The notes under the pieces: model-generated
Told to the model about the DNA's origin: nothing
Databases searched by the model: none
What the model saw: only the letters and a program-made list of their open reading frames with translations
Origin: Octopus sinensis
Lineage: Eukaryota
Length of the DNA: 64,000 nucleotides
Assembly: GCF_006345805.1 (NCBI RefSeq)
Contig: NC_042999.1
Coordinates: 67,828,001 to 67,892,000 of the forward strand
Direction: 5' to 3'
Position numbers and translations under genes: made by a program
Shown: in pieces, positions 1 to 9,545 of the stretch
Position numbering within the stretch: the stretch's first letter is position 1
Layout: every line of letters starts with the position of its first letter

Positions 1-340
1 TACATCCTACACAAGACACTATCAATTCAATAATACAACCTAAACAAAACAATCCTCAAACACTTGACACACTCTATGTAGCAAATATCAAATGAAAGAA
101 AACTACTATTAGTAGGCTAGATATCCAACGTATTACACATACAACACTAATACAACAAAAAACTGCACTACACCCCATAAAAAGAGAAACTGATGCAATA
201 CAGTGTTAGGAAGAGTTTGCACACTCCCAAGAACAAAACAAAAAACACAATGCTGCATGCACCACCACCACCACAACCACCACCAACACAGAGGTGTAGC
301 AGGTGATGCAGTGGAAATTTGCTTGAAACTACCAAATGTA

Positions 341-511
341 GAAGAAGGAGGAGGAGGAGGAGGCGGAGATGGAGAAAAAGGAGGAGGAGGAGGAGAAAAA
401 GGAGGAGGAGGGGGGAAAGAAGAAGAAAAAGAAGAAGAAGAAGAAGAAGAAGAAGGAGAAGGAGCAGAAGAAGAAGAAGAAGAAGAAGAAGAAGAAGAAG
501 AAGAAGAAGAA
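341..511. repeat. (GAA)n/(GGA)n purine trinucleotide microsatellite
   Basis: Direct reading. It explains the poly-E, poly-R and poly-K ORFs at 203-557. Confidence 0.95.
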
Positions 512-1487
512 TTCAGTTCAAGATTTGAATTTAAAATTTGAACAATTTAATGCATAACAGAAGTGGTGCTGGATGGATTGCTATTGAAATGGTTAAAGAG
601 GAAGCAATCAAGTCCTCAAGGAATTTGCAAACTGATTGATGTTATGGTAAAGCAAAACAGATTCTTAGAACTTATCTTCAAGTGAAAATATAAAATGTCT
701 TCTACATCTGCATTCCCTCAAGCAGCGCAGAATGAAAATACATCAAAATGAAATATATCTGAGACCAAACATATATTCAAAAAAAAGAAAAAAAAAAAAG
801 AGAAAAATGAAAGATTTTAAACTTTGGTTCCAAAAGGATACAAATTTAAAAGAAAGAGAGACAGCAGGACGGTGATGGTACAATGAATTTGGTAAAGTAA
901 ACCTCAGGATCCGAGGAGACAAGCGAGTTTAAACCATTCCAAAAGTGGAATTTCACTTCTGATCTTTTTAAAGTAAATTGGATTTTTCTAAATACATTAG
1001 CAGAACAAATTATCAAGCTCACTACCCTGCCTCTGCTGGGATTTGAACTTTGTATGATAATGGAAGTAATTATATATATATATTCTTCAGGACAGTTCTC
1101 TATTTGTGTCACTAATGTAAAACAGAAGGAGCTTCTATATGGTCACTTGAACTAAAAATCACAGCCAACTCTTCTTTGAATCATACCCTCGTCATCATAA
1201 TTTTATATCTTCTTTACAAGGTGGCATGAGCTGGATACAAGCAAGCATCACCGTTTTTGCTCAAATGATGTCAACATGAAGACATTTGGAAACCAACACA
1301 CCTCTTCACACACATAAGATATCTTTATAGCTTCCATCTCCCAAATTTCTCTTACAAGGCATTAGCCAGACAAGGCTATAGTAGATGTCACATTCCCATG
1401 GTTCAATACTGAGGTGTGTGTGTGGGTGTGTGTGCATGTGCATATACATGTGTGTGTGTGTGTGTGTATGTACATATATATTTTTTT

Positions 1488-1737
1488 CCTTTTATTTGTT
1501 TCAGTCATTTGACTGTGGCCATGCTGGAGCACCACCTTAAGTCAAACAAATCGACCCCAGGACTTATTCTTTGTAAGCCTAGTACTTACCTTATTGGTCT
1601 CTTTTGCAAGACCATTAAAACATAACATCCCAACATTGGTTGTCAAGCAATGGGAGGGAGGGGGACAAACACAGACACACACACATATATATATACATTA
1701 TATATATATGTGTGTGTATATATATATATACATATAT
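1488..1737 (-). mobile_element. 3' half of bipartite CORE-type SINE with internal (TA/TG)n
   Basis: Matches the 3' module of the fuller copies at 13505-13915 and 31305-31700 (agaataagtactaggctt...ccagcatggcc.cagtcaaatgactgaaac). Confidence 0.8.
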
Positions 1738-1921
1738 ATATCATCATCATCATCGTTTAACGTCCGTTCTCCATGCTAGCATGGGTTGGACGGTTCGACC
1801 GGGAATCTGGGAAGCCAGAAGGCTGCACCAGGCTCCAGTCTTATCTGGCAATGTTTCTACAGCTGGATGCCCTTCCTAACGCCAACCACTCCGTGAGTGT
1901 AGTGGGTGCTTTTTACGTGCC
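1738..1921 (-). mobile_element. RTE-LINE 3' UTR fragment with (ATG)n tail
   Basis: catcatcatcgtttaacgtccg...ctacagctggatgcccttcctaacgccaacc. The same tail follows RTE ORF2 sequence at 24440-24960. Confidence 0.8.
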
Positions 1922-1967
1922 ATATATATATAGTATATACATACATATATATATAATATCATATATA

Positions 1968-2053
<86 letters not shown>

Positions 2054-2262
2054 CAAAATGGAACAAGAATGCAAAACATCCAAATAGATGATACAAAAAC
2101 CACGGACGGGTCGTTGAAAGCCTTTATCTTGAGTCAAGAACCAGATCATCCTCGCAATTTCGGCTGATATATATAATATATATATATAATATATATAAAA
2201 AAGGAAATGAAGAAAATGCTGACAAATAATTGAAGTAATTTAAGTAATTTAATTAGGTGAAA

Positions 2263-2306
2263 GTTCTTTTTACCGGTTGCGCATTTGTTATGCTTATCAA
2301 AATATA
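2263..2306 (-). ncRNA. Degenerate minimal hammerhead-like motif
   Basis: UUGAUAA - GCAU(AACAA)AUGC - GCAA - CCGG - UA. Stem III palindrome is ACCGGU; stem I is poor. Confidence 0.35.
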
Positions 2307-2359
2307 AAAGAGAGAATAGAGTTCCTTTCTTATATATATATATATATATATCTATATTA

Positions 2360-2404
<45 letters not shown>

Positions 2405-2702
2405 GTATAATGAGGTATTGGCATTTAGAAAATCCAGAGAGTGACAGGTAACACTAAATAAGTGCTATGTATAAACCGTAGTTAAACTCTTGGTTTGATA
2501 AGGACATGAGTGAGGAATCTAATGTGAGTCTTGTATTTGCATGCATATATATATATATATATTACAGAGATGTACTCGCATAGCAAGTGATTTGATCTGA
2601 GATCGTGTGCTGGAATGAAAACAATTGCAGCATGGAAGGTGTTTGTAAGCCATTTAAGAAACACACAAAAGCCATTCAATTCACTTCAACGTTTAAGTTT
2701 AA

Positions 2703-2752
2703 TTTGTCAAAATATTTTCGTCGCTAAAATCCGCAACCTGTTCACTGACAAA
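2703..2752 (-). ncRNA. Minimal type-I hammerhead ribozyme fold with G3:C8 core
   Basis: UUUGUCA / GUGAACA / G / GUUGC(GGAUUUUA)GCGAC / GAAA / AUAU / U U / UGACAAA. 7-bp stem I, 5-bp stem II, palindromic AAUAUU stem III. Confidence 0.75.
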
Positions 2753-2774
2753 AATCCGTGCTGCATCTCGGACT

Positions 2775-2824
2775 TTTGTCAGTTAACAGGTCGCGGATTT
2801 TAGCGATGAAAATATTTTGACAAA
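2775..2824 (+). ncRNA. Inverted second copy of the G3:C8 hammerhead (G5 mutated to U)
   Basis: tttgtca gttaaca g gtcgc ggatttta gcgat gaaa atat t t tgacaaa. Confidence 0.65.
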
Positions 2825-2931
2825 TTAAACTTAAATGTTGAAGTGAATCGAACGGCTTTTGTGTGTTTCTTAAATGGCTTACAAACACCTTCCATGCTGA
2901 AATTGTGTATATATATATATATATATATATA

Positions 2932-3065
2932 TTAGACAAAAATGAGATAACATGATGAAGGGATGTCCATAATATCCCAGAAACAGCTGTAAGACTATAT
3001 CTATATCTTTTTCCTTATAGATATCCTGAAAATTCACAACCTTGGCTTTATCTCATTTTGTCTAA
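2932..3065 (+). mobile_element. 134-bp TA-flanked element with 18-bp terminal inverted repeats and a 5'-clipped hammerhead
   Basis: ttagacaaaaatgagataa...ttatctcattttgtctaa. Inside: (A)UGAUGA A GGGAU..AUCCC A GAAA CAGCUG UA. Confidence 0.65.
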
Positions 3066-3240
3066 TATATATATATTATATATATATATATAAGTTCAGC
3101 AAAATTTAGATTCAAATGAATATGGTACTTAAGTTAGAGGCACCAGAATTTTAAATTGACATCTTTGTCTATATATCTACCTTCTCTATAATGTTATCAA
3201 TTGGTATGAAAATTATGTATTAATTGGAAACCTCTATTAA

Positions 3241-3325
3241 TGGCTGATGATTGCTCCAACATTTTAAAACTGTTGTAATACTAACAATATTTAATAAAAT
3301 GATGTAGCGTGAAACGATCATACCA
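3241..3325 (+). ncRNA. Hammerhead-like motif, canonical core, long stem II
   Basis: UGG CUGAUGA (3244-3250) ... AGCGU GAAA CGAUCA UA CCA. Stem III is ACGAUCGU if one CpG-type G>A change is reverted. Confidence 0.6.
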
Positions 3326-3356
3326 AATTACCAAAGTTATTCTTGTTGCTTATTTT

Positions 3357-3403
<47 letters not shown>

Positions 3404-3854
3404 ATGGGCTTCTCCCAGTTTCTGTTTTCCAAATCCACTCACATAGCTATAGTAGAAAATACTGGCCTATAATAGAGACTATAGTAAAAGACACTTGCCC
3501 CATGTGCCACACAGTGGGACTGAACCTGGAACCATGTGGTTGGGAAGCAAGTTTTTTTTTTATCATATAGCCATGCCTGCAACCTATGTGTGTGTGTTCT
3601 TGTCTTGACAACCTATGATTATTGTTAAATGGTTGTTAATGTCATAGAAATAGTGCCATTCTTTTACAATACTCCTCAAGAATATATCTAGCCAAAAGGA
3701 AATATTACTTTGCTTGGTAACAAGGGAGGATTAGTGACAGGAAAGGTATCCCGTCACAGAAAATCTGCCTCAATAATCTTTATTTGACCCTTGAAAGCAT
3801 GGAAAAGTGGGTGTTACAATGATGATTATGATGATGATGATGATAAACTATCAT

Positions 3855-3954
3855 NNNNNNNNNNNNNNNNNNNNNNNNNNNNNNNNNNNNNNNNNNNNNN
3901 NNNNNNNNNNNNNNNNNNNNNNNNNNNNNNNNNNNNNNNNNNNNNNNNNNNNNN
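3855..3954. other. Assembly gap (100 N)
   Basis: Run of exactly 100 N, typical of an unsized scaffold gap. Confidence 0.98.
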
Positions 3955-4394
3955 TAGTTTAACATGCTTTGAAGTGAGCAAACAGAAACATTGTGATCGA
4001 CTTTGTGTGAAGTGTAAATGAAGGCACCAACAAGAAATTGCTCCAAACGATTTGGGTTATGGCGTCTGTAGATTCCTCGCATGCAACAAGGCAGAGCTTG
4101 CTTCTCACAGCAGAGAAGCAGAAGCCTTTTCAATATCCCCAGTTAGCACCTTAACTAATGCCCAGCTCAAACTTAGGATACAAAACTGTGGAACCCTGAT
4201 TTGTTTTTTCAAAACAGTACACCTACATGTGCGTGTTGGTGTGTATATATGTGCGTGTGGGTATATATGTGTGTGTGGGTATATATATGTGTGTGTGTGT
4301 ATATATATATATTATTATTATTATTTATTTATGTGCCCTTTTCAAGCCTGGCCCAGTTTACTGGTTTCTGTGACATATGTGTTCCCCCCCAGCT

Positions 4395-4612
4395 GGATGG
4401 GAAGCCAGTCCATTGCAGTGTTACTCAAGAAACAGGAAGGAAGAGTGAGAGAAAGTTGGGGCGAAAGAGTACATCCGGAGTCGCCACCATCCCCTGCCGG
4501 AGCTTCATGGAGCCTTAGGTGTTTCTGCTCAGTAAACACACAACGCCTGGTGTGGGAATTGAAACCGCGATCCTCTGACCGCGAATTCACTGCCCTAACC
4601 ACTGGGCCATGG
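4395..4612 (-). mobile_element. tRNA-derived SINE (tRNA-Arg-like head)
   Basis: Minus strand atggcccagtggttagggcagtgaattcgcggtcagaggatcgcggtttcaattccc has A- and B-box-like motifs. Homologous to 13115-13375 and 31850-32128. Confidence 0.75.
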
Positions 4613-4614
4613 TG

Positions 4615-4664
<50 letters not shown>

Positions 4665-5411
4665 GAACGAGAGAGAGAGAGAGAAAGAAAAAGTTTTTTA
4701 CGGTTTTCTTCTACTGATTTTGTGCACAAAGCATCAGTCAGCCAGGGACCAAAGTTGGAGACACTTGCCAAAGATGCCACACAGTGGAACTCAACATAAA
4801 ACCAGTGTCTTTGCAAAGTGAAATTCTTAACCTCACATGCCATGCCTGTACCAGTAAGTCCGGAAATAGATAGAACAGTCATGGCTGACATGATATTGAT
4901 CACTGATCTGATCATCCTTATTGATGAGCAGAGGCTAATCAATACCACTGATAATTGCATGGCACCTTGGACAAATGTTGGCTTCAGGCTGATCAAAGCC
5001 TTGTGAGTGAATTTGATAGACACAAACTGAAAGAAGCCCATTGTGTCTTTGTGTGTGTGTGTGTCTTTGTGGACCAGTGTCGGTGTGTTTACATCCTCCT
5101 CATTTTCTAGATGAGTTATTGATTAGTCTGTGATGTTACCCTCCAGGTTTAAAAAGCCACAAATTTTGATGATGGTGCCACATAAAGCGCACCGGTACCA
5201 GTGCCATGTAAAAAGCAACCATGCTGGTGTCAGGTATAAGGCACTGGTGCTGGCTCCACATAAAAAGCACCCAGTACACTCTGTAAAGTGGTTGGCACTA
5301 GAAAGAAAGCCCATTGTGTGTATGTGTGTGTGCTTTTGTGAACCAGTGTTGGTGTGTTTACATCCGCTGTAATTTAGTCGTACAGCAAAAGCGACCAACA
5401 GAATAAGTACC

Positions 5412-5645
5412 TATTTCTTTACTACCCACAAGGGGCTAAACACAGAAGGGACAAACAAGGACAGACAAACAGATTAAGTCGATTACATCGACCCCAGTGC
5501 GTAACTGGTACTTAATTTATCGACCCTGAAAGGATGAAAGGCAAAGTCGACCTTGGCGGAATTTGAACTCAGTACGAAAAGACAGACGAAATACTGCTAA
5601 GCATTTCGCCTGGCATGCTAACGATTCTGTTAGCGAGCCGCCTTT
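5412..5645 (-). mobile_element. Young tRNA-derived SINE (Deu/Nin-like core) with 14-bp TSD
   Basis: TSD acagaataagtacc at 5398-5411 and 5646-5659. Inserted into an older CORE-type SINE. Confidence 0.9.
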
Positions 5646-5784
5646 ACAGAATAAGTACCAAGCTTAAAAAAAAATAAGTCTTGGGGTCAATTCATTCAAA
5701 TAAAACCCTTTAAGGCAGTGCCCCAGCATGGCCATTGTCTGAAGCAAGTAAAAGACATGAAAAAACATTCAAGCGAGGTCGTTC

Positions 5785-6060
5785 CAGTGCCGCTGGACTG
5801 GCTCCTGTGCAGGTGGCACATAAAAAACACAAATTTGAGCATGGCCATTGCCAGTACTGCCTGACTGGCCCTCATGCCGGTGGCATATAAAAGCACACAC
5901 TACACTCTCGGAGTGGTTGGCATTAGGAAGGGTATCCAGCTGTAGAAACTCTGCTAAATCAAGATTGGAGCCTGGTGCAGCCATCTGTTTCGCCAGACCT
6001 CACTCAAATCGTCCAACCCATGCTAGCATGGAAAGCGGACGTTAAACGATGATGATGATG
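5785..6060 (+). mobile_element. RTE-LINE 3' UTR fragment with (ATG)n tail
   Basis: gtggttggcattaggaagggtatccagc...gcatggaaagcggacgttaaacgatgatgatg. Confidence 0.8.
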
Positions 6061-6252
6061 ATATCCAGCCAAAATATTCTACAAGTTTCATCTTTAAACC
6101 AGCCAGATCTGGCCTCTTGTACACTCCTTACAATGTCATTCTAAAAATAAACAATCACATCATCGAAATCTCTACAATTCCAGACAATGTGAATAAATAA
6201 GCATTACATTTAACAAAGTGCTGAAGGGTTAATCTGAATACTAAAGGGTTAA
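6061..6252. mobile_element. Truncated piggyBac-like MITE (right end GGG-TTAA)
   Basis: Ends ctaaaggg|ttaa. The left end is absent where the RTE tail abuts. Confidence 0.55.
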
Positions 6253-7401
6253 AGAACCATTTTTTTGCCTATGGACCTCTTTGATTCCTATTTGACTCTG
6301 GACCTCCATGTTAAAAAAAACAACCTATTATATTTTTATAGTTAATTATTATTAGGGATTGTATAAAAATATTGTTAAAATATTTATGTATTGTAGAAAT
6401 ATAACTAATTTATTGCTCTTAAACTTTGGCAACAAAATCTTAAACGGACCCTCAAAGGTCATATGGACCCAGGCTGAGAACCCTAATTAAAAGTGTGGAT
6501 GATCAAGGTGAAATTGAAAACCTTCTTTAAACATCAAGTCAACAACCAGCAATCAACTCTCAAACAGGGTTAGTATGGTAGGAATGACTTAGGTCAGTGC
6601 TTCATAAAGCAGGTTTCAAGACACTCCAAGGTCCCATGAAAACAATTCTAGGGTTCCAAAAGATAAGGGATCTTATAAAATTAAGTAAAAAATTATTGTA
6701 TAATGAAATGCTTTTCACCATTTCAAAATAATAAATTATGTCTTTATTCATTGTTTTACTTGTTTCGGGCATTGGACTTTGGTCATGCTGGAACACCACC
6801 TAGTAGGGTTAATGGAACAAATTGATCTTAGTACAGCTTCTGGCAGCAATTTCCAAAGGGTCATTCCCCCCAAAATTTGAAATTATATTATTATTATCAT
6901 TATTATTATTACTATTATTTGTAAGCAAGCGACTTACCACACAGCCACTCCTAATATAAGTGGGAGGGGCCAGTCGACCTCACATACACTCTCATTGTTA
7001 AACTTCAGGACATCTCTAACAGGGCAAATTTATGGCCTAAGACATTCCAACCACACCCATCCATCTTAATTTCAGACACCCACTTTTATTGGCCACATTT
7101 TTAATTTACAAAAATTTCACTTAACTGATTTTGTTAAAGTTATCTTCCTTTCTGGCAGAGTTTAGGTCTTAGGAGTCTCTGTCCATCTATCTGTCTAGAA
7201 CTGCGTGATTAATCTCAATTATTTGAATTTTTTCAACTTACTTTATTACATATGTGTGACCCACCCCAACAGTAATGTAGTTCTGAATGTATTTTATACA
7301 GTTCCTTTTTAAAAATGATTGGCTGTAATTTTGAAGAGATTTAGCTACTATTTCTGACAGATTGATAAAATGTTGTGGTTTGCTTAAAGCATTGTATTAT
7401 G

Positions 7402-7559
7402 ATATGTGACACTGAAAGAGTTAAAAGGCCAAACAATGCAAAACCCTGATGAAGGAACTTTTAGGTCCCAAAATATTGGACCCATAAAAGACCAACAACA
7501 ACAACAATAATGGTCTGTTTTGCATTGTTTGGCCTTCTAACTTTTTCAGCATCACATAT
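7402..7559 (+). mobile_element. Foldback element: 43-bp inverted arms around a decayed hammerhead
   Basis: Arms 7402-7444 and 7517-7559 (39/43 match). CUGAUGA at 7446-7452, stem II GGAACU/AGGUCC, CAAAA for CGAAA, then UAUU GG. Confidence 0.6.
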
Positions 7560-8459
7560 CTAACAGATTAAATTATACATATTGAAAGCAGCTCTCTTTT
7601 TAGTTCATTACAATATGTCAATATGAGGAGGAGCATGAATATCACAACATCACGCATTCTCCATAAACACTAACAGTCCTGTGGTAGTCTATACAAACAG
7701 TAGCAGGTTATGTAGTTAATTAGTCTCAGGTCAGCTCCAATTAGAGCAGACCTGTGAACAAGAGACATTCAAATTGTGACCATCCCATCTATATTGTGTT
7801 TTTTGATACAATATATTCACACTAGACAGCGTGTCCTTTATTATTTTCAAAGCTGGTAGGTTGCAGTTTGAGGGAGATTTGGCTGCTAATTCTAGCAGGC
7901 TGAACAACCACATTAGAGGCACCTCCACCTCCCAGTCAGCAGTATGTCATACCAGACACTCTGGCTAATGTTTACTTTAATAGCTGATATTCAGATGACC
8001 TTGTCTTTTATAGTTCTCTCACCCCACCTTGCCTTGGGCTTGAGTCAATAAGACTCAGGAGGGGCCTCTATGATTAAAATCCCCTCCGCAGAGAAACCAA
8101 AAAAAAATTCCACCTCTCTTTCTCTCCCGCCTCTCTCTTTCTTCCCACCCTGTCCTGTTCTGTCTACACTCTAATTATTGACTTTGAACTCTAATTAACT
8201 TAATTCTTTATGGCTAATTAACAAATCATTACCTACATTTATTAACCGTTATGTCAAATGTTGATTTAGTCAACTTGAGTTCTCTGTTTTTTATTCTCAT
8301 AATAAAGCTGCTTTCTTTAATTCTATTTTTTGCTATCTACTGCGCAATTTCCTAGATATTAATCACTTGATAGACAGACCGTAATGACAAATCTCACCAC
8401 CTCACTAGTCCATCGAATGTACAACGTAAACTATTTTCTATGTGTTTCTCTCAGGGGCT

Positions 8460-8689
8460 TTAACCCTTTCATTACCAACCCGGCCAAAACTGGCTCTGGC
8501 TCTCTAGTACAAATGTCTTGTTTTCATAAGTTTTGAATTAAAATATACCACCAAACCTTAGTCGCAATTTATGTTCCTAACACTAGCTTAATGATAATTA
8601 AATTATTTTACTAAATTATTTGTTATATTTAAAATTAATTAAAAGAAACACAGAGCATCTCAACAGAAATATGGTAACAAAAAGGTTAA
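8460..8689. mobile_element. piggyBac-like MITE, copy 1
   Basis: TTAA|CCCTTTCATTACC ... GGTAACAAAAAGG|TTAA. Confidence 0.8.
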
Positions 8690-8712
8690 AATACATAATT
8701 AAGAAACAATTC

Positions 8713-8942
8713 TTAACCCTTTTGATATCAACCCAGTCAAAACCGGCTCTGGCTCTCTAGTACAAATGTCTTGCTTTCATAAGTTCTGAATTAAAATCTT
8801 CCACCAAACCTTAGTCGCAATTTATGTTCCTAACACTAGCTTAATGATAATTAAATTATTTTACTAAATTCTTTGCTATATTTAAAATAATTGAAAGAAA
8901 CACAGAGCATCTCAAAATAAATACAGTAACGAAAGTGTTTAA
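8713..8942. mobile_element. piggyBac-like MITE, copy 2
   Basis: TTAA|CCCTTTTGATATC ... GTAACGAAAGTG(T)TTAA. Homologous to copy 1 along its length. Confidence 0.8.
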
Positions 8943-9139
8943 GACCTGGTACTGAACTCCAGTTTGGCACAGTGAATACGTAAAAGACAGATCATCAAGG
9001 TTGGCCACGCTACCTGGTTGCTGTGAGGAATTAGTTAGGCCCTTTTGCTGTCTTTTAAGCCAGAGTGTCTTTTAAGGGCTTCCTATTCTAAGTCTTGTTG
9101 GTTTTGAATTGTCATCGATTCTTTCTTCTTTTTTTTTTT

Positions 9140-9545
9140 AACTTTTTGTTTCAGTTATTAGACTGTGGCCATACTGGGGCACCACGTTGAAGAATGTAGT
9201 GGAATGAATCAACCTGCAATATGTAGTTTTTTTTCATTTATTTTTTTTTTAAAGCTTGCTACATATTTGATTGGTCTCTGATTTGCTGAGCTGAACCACT
9301 AAGTTACAGGGACATAAACACACCAACATTGGGTGTCAAGAGGTGATGGGTGACAAACACAGACACAAAGACACACACACATATATAATGCACTTCTTTT
9401 GCTTTGCATCCACCAGATCCACTCACAAGGCTTTGGTCAGTCCAAAGGCCATAGTAAAAGACACTTGCCTAAGGTTCCATGCAGTGGGACTGAACCCAGA
9501 TCACGCACTTGGGAAGCAAGTTTCTTACTGCACAACCATGTCTGC
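9140..9545 (-). mobile_element. Decayed bipartite CORE-type SINE
   Basis: Homology to 13505-13915 on the opposite strand. Confidence 0.7.

Noticed and set aside
203-557. Poly-H/G/E, poly-R and poly-K ORFs
   Set aside because: Trinucleotide microsatellites open in all frames, with no splice or domain support.
2045-2170. Minus-strand CAGCC-GAAA in a TA-anchored module
   Set aside because: No upstream core and no palindromic stem III in this copy.
4052-4200. Protein-like start of ORF 4052-4717 (GYGVCRFLACNKAELASH...)
   Set aside because: No usable splice sites or recognisable domain. The ORF runs on through microsatellite and SINE, next to an assembly gap.
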